Origin: Chrysomallon squamiferum
Taxonomy: Eukaryota > Animalia > Mollusca
Length of the DNA stretch: 64,000 nucleotides
Direction of reading: 5' to 3'
NCBI GenBank assembly: GCA_012295275.1
Contig: CM022665.1
Coordinates: 14,074,001-14,138,000, forward strand
Position 1 is the first letter of the stretch. Every line of letters starts with the position of its first letter. Positions 48,435 through 63,200 of the stretch are shown one piece after another. The notes under the pieces were generated by a model that worked only from the letters and a program-made list of their open reading frames with translations, was not told the origin of the DNA and did no database searches. Made by a program: the position numbers and the translations under genes.

Positions 48435-50341
48435 GTAAGTAAAATGTGTATCTATTACTAATAACCACTAATTTAATAAAGATAATCCTTAATATAGGAT
48501 AATGTGTGAAAATCTGATTTTACTATGCATTAGCAATAAAAGCCAAACCGTCTGTTGTCAGTAAAAGGTTTTTATATTCAGTTAAAATCATAACAAGTTA
48601 GTGCTTTGTTTATTTATTTATTTATATTATACATTTAAAAAATATGAATTTTTAAGGATTTGTTTTTACAAATACAAATCTGGAATGTCAGTTTTCCAAA
48701 GTTTTGAAACCCTTTTAATTTTTTTAAAAATGAAGGATATATAAAGGATTTGTTTGAGAGGATATATTACTTTTAATTAAGTTACAGTTTTATGTATTAT
48801 AATTAGAAATATTTTAAATTAGTCTTTATATAGTGTCTTGTTATTTTGATTGAGTTATTTACAAACATCCCCCAAAATCTTTATTGATTTTAAGTTAACA
48901 ACAACAATAACTTAGTTACTTTCCTGGAAATTTATTTTAAGTTTAAAAACTTTTCTGTCCAGTGAAGTGATTAGATTTTTGGCCAAAAACAGATTAAAAT
49001 ACAAACTGCTGCAACATTATTCCAGTCACATTTAACCAAATAGATTAAATTAAAATAAATTAAGAGGGCTGATCAGCTAAAGATGTGAGGAGGCTATGGA
49101 CAAGGTGGTGGACACTGCCATGGATGTTGGCCAACATAATGGTCAGTTGGCGAAATCATAGTCCCGTCCATTGTCACATACATTCACCAATGTTCAAGAT
49201 TTTTGTTTGTGAACATGCACATTTGCTTTTATATATATATATATATATATAATATGAAGGATTTGGCAGACTAACCCTAACCTACATTATCATTAAATTT
49301 GTGTGGCTTTAGATGACACTTTTTATATAGACATATTTTCTGATGTCATTATTGTCCATTTTATTTGCATAGTTAGGATTTTTTGAGACTGAAAAGGATT
49401 TGTTTTAAAAAAAATATATTTGCCATTTTGATAAAAACAAACATCCAGCAAAAAATTCAGTTACAGTTGTTACACATCTTCATGCCCTTACACTAAATGT
49501 TTTTAATAAATAACTGTCCTATTTGATTGCACTAACTTGTTTTGATAGCATACTTCCAAGTAGTAAGTGATTGCCGTGGCAATATAATTGTATTATTAAA
49601 ATATCCAGTTTTTACAATTCTTGAATTTTTTTTTTTTTTCCTCCTATTCAATAATTTATGAAAAACATCTGAAAATATCCTGACATTCTTAATAAATCTG
49701 ACGTACAGTATCAAAAATGACGTTGAACTTAATTGTGTTCTAAGTTAAAAGAATTAAAAAGTCATTAAATAAATATTAATATTATAAGATGTTATTATTG
49801 TGTTACTGACTTTAAAAAAAAAAAAAAAAAAACAACAACAATGAACTCGTATCAAATTTAATCAATAAATTCAGCCATATGTTGCGGTTTTATGTTGTAT
49901 TTTTTTATTTAACAACAGGTGTTGGTTGCATACATGAAAAATAAATAGGTATGATAAGACGTTTACATGTTAAATGACAGCAGGCATGTAATTACATAAA
50001 ATGATGATTAACAACATGGAAGTCTAAAGTGATAGTATCAGCATTATCCTTAATAAAGTACAGATACCAGAAGTTCACTGGTAATACTTATAAATAAAAA
50101 AACACAGCTTAATTATGGTTAACTTGCATTTTCAAGCTCTAACACGAGCAATCAAGCCATATCCTAAAAATTGTGTTTGTAGGTTTGTTTCTGTTTGACT
50201 TAACTTCAAACTTCATGGTAAATGTAAAGTGAAAATACCAATCTCATTGGTGATACACTGATACTGAATTTTTTTTATTGAATATTCACTGAAAAAAACA
50301 CTGAAGAGACTGATTTTGTGTATTTTCACTCAAAATAAATG

Positions 50342-50345
<4 letters not shown>

Positions 50346-50405
<60 letters not shown>
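50346..50405. repeat. (CT)n microsatellite
   Basis: Direct reading. Confidence 0.95.
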
Positions 50406-50408
<3 letters not shown>

Positions 50409-51415
50409 CATACATATATATCTAAAAGAATCCTACAGAAGTATATGATTACATAATCCAAGATGTTTAATATGTACATTTGTAATATGTAACCTAAAAC
50501 CAGTTTATACAATAATGCAGCAAGTAGCACTTAATGTTCTAAATACATTCTTTAAAATGTGTCATTAACAAACTGGACATTGTCTGAGCATTAATTTGTA
50601 AACTTTGTATTTATATTTATGTGTATGTGGAACATTGTCTTACTTGTGCATTGTTGCTTGCTGCTGCTGCTGCCATTAGGCTGCTTGCCCTGTATTTTGT
50701 ACCCATAATTAATTTCAGGATGGTTGATTTTAATAAATAGAGTAACTGTTTTGATAATATGTTGATAATACTGAGGCACTGTCAATGAGGCAAAACTAAG
50801 TATACACTATTATGCAGTTTGTAGTCTTTTTATTTCTAAATAAGGAAATACTGTGCATTTCAGTAGCTAAAAAAACAAACCAGTAAAATAGGTCTGTCAA
50901 AATATGGACTGTACTGTATTACACATCTGACAGCAGTCCATTTTAAATAAGGCCATGTCTGAAAAGGTCGTTTTTTTTCTTCTTTTTTTCAAATAAGCAT
51001 TATTGTGTGGGGTTTGTGTGTGTGTGTGTGTGCCAGAGACATAGACGTGATAGGACATCATTCAACAAAGAAGGACTAATTTTATGTATTATCATTTGAT
51101 TGCATTGGTTTATGAGTGAACTCTTGTAATTTATTATTTCAACAATTTTAGTAGCCCAAAGGCTTTGGTCAATTGCTGTACAGTGTAATCAGTGAAATAT
51201 AAATTTTTTGTTGAATGTCATTTTGATGAAACACTTGTTATTTTGTTACATGCCTATTTCTAATTATAACAGCTTGTAGGTTATAAAAACATGCTCAGTA
51301 TATTAAAAGAATATTAGTTTTGCAGTTTTTGGTGCAACTGTTGTCCATTAACAGTAAATAATGAACTGTTTGCATTTTAGTTACAACACAAATTTTTACA
51401 TATCACAATTTACAC

Positions 51416-52336
51416 CAGTGGTTCTCAACCAGTGTGCCACGAAATTTTGAATTGCACACTAAGAAAATGTGAAACACCACATGATCCCTAAATAAAACAA
51501 ACAATAGTATGCAAGGTAAAAACCTTCAACAGACAAGTTCAAAAAGAAAATAGTGATTTGGAAAAAAAGAGCAATCACTGTCAATCTTGATATGTTCCCT
51601 TTATTGCGTTCTACCTGCATTAGAGAAGTGATCCCTATTGTGTTTACTCATCTGACAGCTCTGGATGAAAACATCAACAATTACTTTCCGTCATTAAAGA
51701 CAGAAAAGTATGATTGGTTTAGAGATCCTTTCATAAATCATTCTTCCAGCATTGAACTTGAGATACAGGAAGAAGAAGAACTGGCCACCCTTTCTAGTAA
51801 CAGAGGGTTAAAATTAAAACATTCAACTGTGCCCATTGATTCATTTTTGATTTCAGTTCAAGAGGAGTAACCCATATTATGTAAAAGAGCTTTAGCAATT
51901 TTATTACAATTTTCAACTTCTTATATATGTGAATTAGGCTCCTCAACATTAAACAATATCAAAAACAAGAAGTGCGAGAGATTATGTTCAACGGAAGAAG
52001 AAATGAGGGTGTTTCTGTCTCATGTTTGACCAGACATTGAGGAAATTATGAATAAAAGCCAGGCACAAATTTCTCACTAAAGAAGCCAGCTATTTGACTA
52101 ATGAAATTTGAAACACTGCAATGAAGTGAGTTCATAGAATGACTCAAACTAAATAAAGAAAATCTCACCTATGAGTCTATGACTAGTCTGTGTCTACGGT
52201 TGTACGCCGTTGATGACTTGCCATGTTTTTATTTTGCAAAATTCAGATATTTTTCATACATATTTAGCCTGGTGTGCCGCTATTTTTTCATGTGTTCCAA
52301 TGTGTGCCATTGGCAAAAAAAGGTTGAGAACCATTG
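51416..52336 (+). mobile_element. hAT Buster/Charlie-family transposon, internally deleted
   Basis: TIRs cagtggttctcaacc / ggttgagaaccattg. Internal frame YFPS...DWFRDPF...EE*PILCKRALAILLQFSTSYICELGSSTLNNIKNKKCERL...PDIEEIMNKSQAQISH* is the C-terminal dimerisation region of ZBED8/SCAND3/FAM200-type transposases, with two stops. Confidence 0.92.
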
Positions 52337-54256
52337 TAACAACTGTAAAATAGAAGTACGTGAAGTTTGCTAATAGAAAAGGGATCATTTTGTGATCATA
52401 TTCCATTTCTAATGATGTGTTGTCTGGGATTTAAAAGTCGGAAGTATTGCACACACAGAGTATCTGCAGTTTTTTTGACAATGATCATTGCTTGATGATA
52501 CAATCCTACAAACATGAGAAAAAGTCTGAATTAATTCATGGAGACATAAAGAGACAATCACCAAGAAATAAACCACATAAATGATCATAACTTAAACACC
52601 ATCTTACAGATTTTTCAAAATTTTGATTGAATAAAGAAAAACTGTTCCATCTTTGTCTTCAATTTCAAATGTGATCAGTGTAATTTTGAGCTGAATTTGT
52701 ACTTGGCTTTTACATGGTAACTATAATGTAGCATGCTTCTGTAGTAGTAGTCTAGGAGTCTGCATACAACATAACAATTTCACATCCAAAAATGTGATTA
52801 TCTAAACAGTGAATCATGCACCTGTAGTATGCACATGTGTTTTGATCTTGTACTTTCCAGGTATGCATCTTAGAATGTGCTGTAAGGAATTAGTCTCAGT
52901 GTTTATCACTAGCTGAAAATAAGTTAAATGTGAATAGTCAAATGTAAATGTAATTTACTATTTTGTTTATTACTAATACTGTTCTGTGGTGACCATTAAT
53001 ACTTGTTCAAACAGTTCTTTCTCCATTAACTAAGTGGTCATCTTCAACGTCTTGTCATTTTCAGTTATATTCAGACTCGTATTCCAGACACATCTAGATT
53101 TTGTGGCTGGACTTGATAATATTTCCAGATATATTTCTCTGCCTTTTTTGACTTGGATCATTTGAATTAAAACAAAATGTGTTTCATTAATTAACATTGA
53201 CAGTGAAGCAAGAAATAAAAGCTATAAGCTGATTTTCAAGTGCTGATCGAAGCTAGTCTACAACCTCCTCCATGGCAAGATCACCAGAAACCCCCTGAAT
53301 TTAAAAGCTAAACTAAAAAATTATTTTAAAATGTAAAACATTTTGTATTCCTAAACAAAATAAAAGACAAGTGTATAAATGAATTGGAGTGAAATGCAAG
53401 TCTTTTTCAGTGCAGAATATATATGAAATAATTAGATAACATTTAAATGAATTTTTGGATAAGTTTATAAATTTTTGGATAAGTTTATAAGTAAGTCGTA
53501 ATAAGTGGGTTACAAAATAGAATTAGCTGATAAACTGTTCTGTGCACTTGATGCCATTCTGAACATGAAGACTGTCAATTGGCCAGTGGTAGCAGTTGTT
53601 AAATTGTTGATGACCACTGCCTCATTGAACATTTTGCTTAGTTTAAAATACTATTCAAAAGGAACTTTAACAAGTTTTTGGATGAGACCAGAAATGGAAG
53701 GCATAAATTCATTGCATAATACCATAATTTATGTTTGAAGCTGATTTTTCAAGAAAATACATACTCACTTTTATTCCAGTCTTGCAACATATTAGAAAGG
53801 TCATTTTACTGGCTTTCAAATGGTGCTAGAAATGACTGCATAGCATTTTTTTGCTACTGGAGCATGTAGCCACACAAAGAGAGATAGTTTTAGCTGTCCA
53901 GTCTGAAGTGTATGCACTGCCTGGAGTGTTTAAAATGATATTGCAAACATGAGTTACAAATTCACAGCATAACTTATGATTAAACAAACGGCACAGAACT
54001 GAAGAGCATATGTTCATCTTTATTTCAGTGCAGTTCATAATGATAGAGGTCACTAGTAAACCAAGTTAAGAGGTTAACAGTCTGCTGCTACCTTCTGTTA
54101 GACACCTTTGAAGATTACTTCCTCCTGTCTTTGGAATTGGCTAATTAATATATTATTTTATATTTTGTCTATGTATATATAACAGTTAACACAGACGAAA
54201 AATATTTCTTGCATTGTTTTTTGTTTTTGTTTTTATATATATATATGCAAACATAC

Positions 54257-54291
<35 letters not shown>

Positions 54292-57200
54292 CACCTGTCC
54301 TAATTGTACTGCTAATTGACATATTGCAGATTTAAAAAAAAAAAAAAAAAAGAAATTAAATCTTAGAGCTATTCTTTATATAATTTCAAAACCTATATTT
54401 TAAAAAGCCTAGGTTTCACTTGTTTGTATTTATACACCATGCTTTATTATTAATCTCAGTTATTTCCACTAAATTTGTTACTAATAACATCTTAATGTTT
54501 TTAAATTACCAGTGTTAGATAATTAGAAACCTTATCAGAATTTATATCTTGTTAGTACATGTACAATTTTTACCCCAAAAAGCATATTTAGTTAAAATTC
54601 TTGTTTGCTTCCATAACATGGAATAGGCCTTAACTTAGACTTATTACATGTTAGAAAATCAATAAAAGTAAATTACTTGCAAGTAAGTAGTCATTCTGTG
54701 GAAACTGGGAAGAACATCTTGGAATGTAGCCTATGAGGCCTTTCTAATATTTGATATTTAAATTCACTAGTTTCATTGACATTAAAAGAAAGTGTTAAAA
54801 TGAGTTTTTGCTAAAGAAGAATAAATCATGTTTTTTAAAAAGACAAACAAAATCTGTTCTGTTCTGAATTTTATTTAAGAGGTATAGTTCATTAACCTAT
54901 TCCATATTATGCAAGCAATAAATATTGAGATTTGCCTAAGAGCTTCAGTAATATTAGTGTAATTTGCCAAAATGAGGTGATATAAAGGAAATATAAATGC
55001 TTGCTTTTCTCTAATTTGTTTCTTAATACCTTCTGTACTTTAAAAAAAATAAAAATAAAACAAAAACAACAGTTTAAGAATACTGAGTATTTCAGACTTA
55101 ACAGCTTTAAGATGTATTGAAAATTTCATTTTATTCAGATAGTCCAGTAACAGGTTAGTGGAAATTCTGGCATTATTTTATATGTTTGCGCTAACAAATC
55201 AGTGTCATTATTTTAATTTTTATCTTATTTATTTACTAGAAATATGGATAAAATCAGCCTAACATTGACTATGATTTTCTGTTTCTGCATTTTTATTACT
55301 TTAATATTTATATAAAATATAAATGTTTTGCAGATGTTCTTTGAAAATTTTATTTTGGAAGGAATTCCAAATTTGTATAAACCCATTTTGACTTTTGTTT
55401 TTAGCTTTGGAACAAGTCAATGCATATGCATAAATTTTGTTAATCATTAAGTAGCATGACTGGCTGGTAAAATGTTGTAAATTTTCTGAGTGCTGAAAGA
55501 TTTTGCTATTTAGTCATTCATGTATTGTTAAAATTTGAACAGTGTTTTCAGTGAAATTTTAAAATGTCAGGTCAAAAATATACACATGAACATTGAGTCA
55601 TTTACCCATTGGCATGAAAAATACAGTTCATACATTTTGGACAATTTCTATGACAAGATATTTGATTATGGTATTCTTCAGATTTGTACACATCATATCT
55701 GTATAGCCAACCCCTGCACTGGTGGGAGTATGTCATACATATACAAACATTATTTTAAGATGTTTAAGGACTATTAAAAAAAACCCACCAAAACTATGTA
55801 AACCAAATTAAAAATGAATTACCATATAGTAATTTCATCATAACCATTAAATTAAAAAAATTTAAATTACTCTCTGGGCTACTTCCATTGCAGGGGCATT
55901 TTAATTTTAAAATATTCACTAGGATTATCATTTTGTTGTTTTTCATAATTAAAAAATTTAAATAATTTTTAATGTTGTGAAAAGTAAAAATATCCATTGT
56001 CCACTTTGAGTAGTAAACCATACATTATTTGCCATGCATACATATAGTACATGAACAGTTCATTACTATTTGTTTCTTTTGTTAAACATTGATTCATCCA
56101 TTGCTTACCATGATTGGTCCTGTTTTATTGTCAGGTTTCAGTTACAATTTTTAAGAAGCAATTGAATTATTTTTATTGTGCAGTTTAAAAAAAAATAATA
56201 ATAAATAAAATAAAAAAACATACAAAAGGAATCATAGCATTTTAATAAGAGTTTATTAAAACTGTTTACACGCCTTTCATTTTTTATTACTTTAATTCAG
56301 ACATATTTAACCCTTTGGATATTAAAAGCAAGGTATCATCATGCTAGTGACACTAAGCAGACAAACTGTACATTACTTACACTGCCTTTACAAATATTTT
56401 CTCTCAGTTTGCTTAAGTCAGTTTGCTTAAATTGGTGGAAAGAAATTATAAATAAATAATAAAAAAAATAAAAAATAAAAAGTTTTTCACAACTATGAAA
56501 CATTCTAATAATACAATACTAATATTTAATTCAAAAATTTTTGTTTTCTTGTTTATGGATTTTTTAAATGAATGTATTTAAAACATATAATGTAAATAAA
56601 TATGTACACACATACTTGTGTGAATGTAAATGCAGCATTTGTCTAAATTTGCACATCATAACTTACAGCTGGGAACAACTTGCTCCCACCTTATGTTAGA
56701 CAGTCAGCAGTTAAAGAAAAGTCCAATTTTGAAAATGTTTTTCAGGGAATACAGTCATCTGTTGATTTTTTAATTGGTTTGGTGGTGGTTGGTTGTTTGG
56801 TTTTTCCTTTTAACATCCTTGCATATGAATGTTTACAAACACTGAGAACAATTAAATGGGGAAAATGTATTTCTGAGTATACAGGTTGTTACAAAGATCA
56901 GTTTTATGATTGGTCAGATATTGTAAAAGTTACAATTTTTTTTAATTTAATTAAAACATTGTCATTTTTTAAAATATAAATATATAGGAAAAAGTATGAC
57001 CAGTCTGTTGAGACTGGCAGCTAAAGAAATCATAACTTTCTGAGAATGAAGACAATGTAAAAGAATGAAAATAATAATAATTAAAAAAAATAGCTTGAGT
57101 TAATGTGTCAAAATGTAGGAAGAAGTGTGATCACTCATTCATGCACACACATACAGCGGTGAAGTGGAATTAAAATAAGCATCCAGTCAAACGGTAGTAT

Positions 57201-60183
57201 TTTGATCAGGTGACGTAACAAAACTATAACGGTTTATTCACAATCTTTACCATCAGTTGATCAAATCATGCAATTTTTTTCAAGAAAGTAGAAAATAGTT
57301 CATGCTTGATAGATTTTTTTGATGATATTAAGTCACTGAAATGGTTTTATTCTGGAAAACTTAAAAATAAGTGGATAACAACACTTTGGCAACATGGGTA
57401 GGCCTTAATGGCAGAAACTACAATTTTGTACCCACTATAATTCTCCATTAAAAAAAAGGCATGCTCTTGCAAAGTAACAAACACAGAATTTCACATGCAT
57501 CTTTTCTGCAGTGTTTTTCTCTAGAAAATTCTACTCAGATGAAAATAAAACTGATAGGGTAATGTTCAGCTAAATGCAAACTATGTCACAAAAATGTTCC
57601 ATTAATAAGTTTCAAAAACTCTGGCCAGTTAATACAGAGCAAAGATAGTCACTGACATGCAAGGCAGAACAAAAAAATCAGTCGTAGCATTTGGAAATGA
57701 AACTGGTATGATATCAGGGCCTCTTTCTGGCATACCTAAGTATTGTAATCCAAATTTAAGTTTTTTACCAGAAGCAAATATTTTATTTAAAATAATAAAA
57801 AATATTGTGTGTATCTGTATATTAAAAAATAAAATGTTTTGAGTGAAAGAGAGAGACAAAAAGTGAAGGACATTTGTACCATTAATATTGGGTGGGGGGG
57901 TAAAAATCTTTTCCATAGGACAAATATTTTAAGATAAATTAATTTCCAAATACATATTTTTAAATAAAACAATTTTTTTTGGTAAACATTTATAGTGTGA
58001 GAACCTAGGCATATGTGACAGACTGTACTGACATGATCAGAGTTTTTGTTTTATTCAAGTTCAAAATGGTTTTTTAAGATAATAACTATTTATTAAAATT
58101 ACAAAGATCAGTTGATGTTGTTGTTGTTATTATTATTATTATTTTATTTAGATATTTTATAAAATGAAGTATAAAATGAGGTTTTGTGTTTCTCTGAACA
58201 AAGAAGTGGAATATTTTGCAGTGACATACCTAATGTAAATTGAATGCATAAAATTGAATATCAGTTCATTATTTTTGTGCATTTATACTTAGTTTCTGCA
58301 TTATCTTGCAATTACACTTGTGAATTTGGAATTTGGAAAAAGTTAAAAAATAAATTTTAAACACTTGAAAAAAAAATTATTTTGAAGAAAAAAAATTCTA
58401 GATTTTACTAATAACATAACTTGTTTACTTTTTGATTTACTAATTGTCAAATATCAGTTCTATTAAATTTAAGTTGTAACTGAAATCCTTGACTTTTTCC
58501 TTTGTTTAATTTGGTGTATTTTTCTCCCTTTTGTTTTAAAAATCAAAAATAAACAGTCAAAAAGTAAACAGTAAACTTTTTTTTTAAATGTTTTTTTTTC
58601 AACTAAAAGTGACTGATTATCAAAACATGGATTTTCTTTTTGATTCTGCGTCACTGTTGAGGATTTTTCGTCTTGATGGAATTCCCTCCTGATTGAATAG
58701 GCTTCTTTGTTAGCACTGAAATGCACTCTATTTATAGCACGAACACATGTAGCGCTTTGGAAGCCTCCCCTATGCATCTGGTACTAGCTTCTCTTTATCA
58801 TGAGGCCTGATTGGGGTTCTAATATTTTTTTCACAAAATTAATATGTTTTGGATTTTGTATTTTAAATATTTTAACAATTCAAATGATGATGTAATGCTT
58901 GGGTGTTTTTTTTTAAATTTTAATCGTACCTAACACATGCTGTTTCCACATAGACTTGCAAATCATGTTGTACTTGGCATTTTCATTTTTAGGGTTGTAA
59001 AAACAAGAATTTTAATATTCTGATATTTGTTTAACAAATAAAAATGTCTGTTTCCTTCACCAGGCCACAGGTGTTCATTTTAAAATGTATCAAAACAGAA
59101 TATCTGAATTCAACATAGGCTGTCCATCCTGTTGTATATATGTTTGCTTTGAAGCTTTTTGACAGTAATTCTTTCTTCTTTTTTTAAAAAATAAAGTGAA
59201 ACAGGTGAAATTAATATTTTAAGTATCTGTGTCTGTCTGTGTGTCTGAATTTTATAATCTAAAATATAAAATTGATAGTGAAAGATGGGGTAATGCATTA
59301 TAACATATTAGGTTAAATGGGGAAAATGTATTTCTGAGTATACAGGTTGTTAAAAATATCAGTTTACATTTCTTGTAAACAGAAATGAGAGACAATTCAT
59401 AAGAGAAATATTCTGTTGTTTATGGTCTCTGTCAAAGTGGGGAAAAAAATACATGTTTACACAATTATAAATTAAAGTTAAGTATTTTCACATAAATTCA
59501 CATAAAAGTATTTAATGAGAACAAAAAAACTGGACTGGCATATTTGATAAACTTAGTTGTTTTTTTTATAAAGAATTTTTTTCTCTTTCTCTCTCAAGTT
59601 GATTATTATATTTTTTGAGTTAACAAAAACATTGAATCTGTTCACTGATTTTGATGAGCTTTAAGTACTTATTTATGTACAACCTGCATAAAGGGGTAAT
59701 TTGTTGAGACTAGTGAATTGTTTTGATATTGGTTACTGATGTAAATTAATTACTGTATATTTATAAAGTACATAACTCAATTATTTTATATTTCATTAAG
59801 ATGCTTTAAAACTGGCATTTATTGATACCAGTGAATGGATTGTAGAAGCAGAAGAAGTTATGTGTGTGTGTGCTAGAGAGATGGATTAAAATAAAATAGA
59901 TAAAATTTTTGCAATTCATGTTTTTAAGGGCTCAGTAAATTTGGATGCTTTGGCGTTTTTTTTGTTGTAAGTTTAACAGTTTATCTACTGAGTATTGTAC
60001 ATTTTTTTATTTATTTTTTTATTTTTAAATACCATGGTTGCTTTGATTTCGTTTGTTATAAGTAATAATAAAAACATTAAAACATTAAAATTTAGATTAC
60101 AGTAAGAAACTGAAAGTAAATACATTGTGTGTGTGTGTGTGTTCTTGAAATCATTTATCTATCTATAGATAGATAGATGATTT

Positions 60184-60235
60184 AATTTTTTCTTGGCATT
60201 ATCTATCTATAGATAGATAATGCCAAGAAAAAATT
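60184..60235. repeat. Perfect 52-bp palindrome
   Basis: aattttttcttggcattatctatcta|tagatagataatgccaagaaaaaatt; no spacer, no mismatch. Confidence 0.95.
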
Positions 60236-63200
60236 TGATGAATAATTAAAATGAATAATAATGACTCAGACCCATTGACTTTTAATAATTACTTTCTGTT
60301 TATTATTATAATCAATCACAATTTAAATGTATGTAATTAATGTAAAAACATGAACAAAAAATGAAAATAAAGGTAACAGGTTTATTAAAAAATTAAAGTT
60401 ATAAACCTGTAAACAATTTACAGTACTAAAGTAAATTATTCAAACTAGCATTTGTTTATAATAGTGTTAATAAATTACAGGTTTTACAAGGGTATTTGTT
60501 TGCTTTGAACAAGAACAAAAGTTATGTATCCAAGTAAAAATACTCATAATAATTAATTTCAGTATACCTTATCATTTTAAAACAACATCTTTTGAAAAGC
60601 AAACATTATTTCTTTTTTTTCTCTTTTCTTCTTTGTTTTATTACCCACATGGTTGAAGAACCCATTGAGGGCCCAGCCAACTTCAGCCCACTGTGATAAG
60701 GCTTGCTTGCTCTAAGCCAGTATTGATTTTCGCCCTGGCTATAGATTACAGTCACACACTGAAAACAGGCTACATAGCTAGTGGAGTTCACAGTGTGTGT
60801 ACGCTGGCACAATGTAGGGCCTGTTTTTATGCTTTAGCATGTTGCTAGCCTGGTATCTATTGCCAGCTAAATTCACACACATATATTTTTGTACAAAAAC
60901 ACATCATTGCTTTGGCCAAGTATAAAACAAGGACTATCACTGTTGTATTATATGGCTGTGGGTTGGTTGGCCTTTTGTGTGTGTATTAACACAGAGGATG
61001 GAACTACTTTATGCAAATATGGTTGCCTTATAAATAAACCATTATGGGAATCACTGAAATGGAACTTAGAACAATAATAAGGTCTGGCAGAATTCAAATT
61101 CAATTATGAAAGAGTAGAAAGACTGCATGAAATAACATTTTTTTTTTTTTACAGATAAGTATAACCATATCCTTATGTACACTGAAAAAGAACAGAAAAA
61201 AATAACAGCCAATATCTAGGCACAAACAGAACCAGTGTAGCCAGTTGTGACTTGTATGCAGTTTATAACCTTGCTTTGGGTGACACGGCTTGATAAATGG
61301 GCCTCATGTATTGTCGCCTATAGCTTATTCAGGGAGGATAGAATGTAAATTGGACCAGTCTATTTGATAACAGGCGGTAACAGGCTGCTGCTTCCAATTA
61401 GCAACTTTTTCCTCTGTTGTGTTCTGAGTAAAGCATGTAGTGGAGAATAAGAAGTACTGTTTGGGGATGACTGGGTAAATTTTTTACTTAGAATAAAGGT
61501 AAATGAAGAAATCGTTCAAGTGTGTTGGGGGTTGTTTCCACATGGTATAGCCTGATTTTCCTAGCTGCCTGTCTGAGTTGATATTTTTGGCTGTATTATG
61601 TTAGCTTGGCTGGCGGGTCTCAACTCATCCCATAGAAAGAGATAGTTTTCAGCATTAGGAATCATACTGACTGTTCAAAAGTAAGTACCACTGAAAAAAG
61701 ATTAGATAGTGAAGGAAAAGAGAAAAGAGAACTTTTGTTTTCACTCACTGGTAACAGGTTGACTAGGTGAGTGGGAACAAAGCTGTGTCATGAATTCTGC
61801 CCAACCAGGCAGCTTGTTTGCCAGGTTTATAAATTGTCAGACATACTTTTAATACCTGAATATTCAGCTTTCTCTCTATCGTATTTTTATAATTAAGAGA
61901 AATAAATGCTTTAAATTTTGAGTTTTTGTGAACAGTGAATTTAACTTGTGTTTTCTACTGAAATGATTGGACATTGTAGTTGATGGAATATTGAACGTGT
62001 GTCTCAGTGCGTGACCTTTGCTTTGTTGCTGAGTGAGTGAGCGGTCAGACTAGCTGTCTTTGTTAGTAGGAGGAATGGAAAGACAGGATAGAAGTAGCCC
62101 CCAGACGGAAGTGTTTGTCTTGCCAGCTTCATATAAATGAGGTCATTAACTTGTGTTAGTTGTTAAATAGGTGTTGAGTCAACATTGATGGATATTACTG
62201 GCTGTTGAATATGCATTAAGTTTGCTGTGGAATATAACAAGGAAGGAGGCCAGTTCAGATCTGTTGTGTTAGGGTTAGATAGATCTAGGCACATGGGTTT
62301 GTATTAATAAATAGTATATTGTAACCTGTTTAATTGTTTTAAATTTAACTTATTTAATTTTAAGTGGTAGATGTTTTCAATGTTATTGTTGTTTTAAAGG
62401 TTTTGATGTATTCAGTCACAAATTGTGATAATATTTTATATATTTTTATATTAAAATAATTATAATTCTTTTTTTTAAATTTAAAATTAAAATTAAAATA
62501 CTTTAAAAACTCACACAAAAAAGCTATTAATAGTAAACAAAGCTGATAAATGGTATTACTCTAACATCACATACTGCATTTATTTATCCACTTAACTGGA
62601 TCTGACTTACTTATGAATCAATATACAGTTTATCTGTGAAATGTGTTTATTACAAAATAAAGCATTAAAAATAAAGTAATGAAAAATCACACCACTAAAT
62701 TAACAATTTTTTTTTTGTTATACCTATATTTATACACCTTGTAATCTGTATAATTTGCTCTAGAAAAAATATTTGTCACTAACATATTGACTTACTTGAT
62801 TTTAATTTTAATGTTGCCATTGTTAGTTAATGTTATTTTTAATTGATTCTTGTTTGATTTTTCTCAGTGTACATATGAGTAGTATGAATAAATAGCTTGA
62901 CATTTTATATAGTTCTAAGAAATAGTTTTATCTCTTTGTTAATAATACAGTGCAGTAATAAACATTCTTAGCAGTTTATGAAGGCTGCAGTTCTGTTTTC
63001 ATTTTGCATACTCATACATGTTCTAGAAAAATATTGAAATAAATTGAATATTAATAATGAAAAAAAAACCACCAAAATACACTATTTACTATATTTACAA
63101 CAGACTAATGAGTGTACAGTTTAATTGTTTTATAAACATTGTTTTATGTTTTCTTTCTGGCAATTTTATTACAATACTGACAGGTAATAGAACATCTCAG

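Noticed and set aside
49065-49160. Possible LINE 3'-end fragment
   Set aside because: Too short and degenerate to support without a database search.
51408-52344. Domesticated ZBED/FAM200-like gene or recent active insertion
   Set aside because: Only the C-terminal transposase part remains, with in-frame stops, and the 8-bp flanks (atttacac / taacaact) no longer match.
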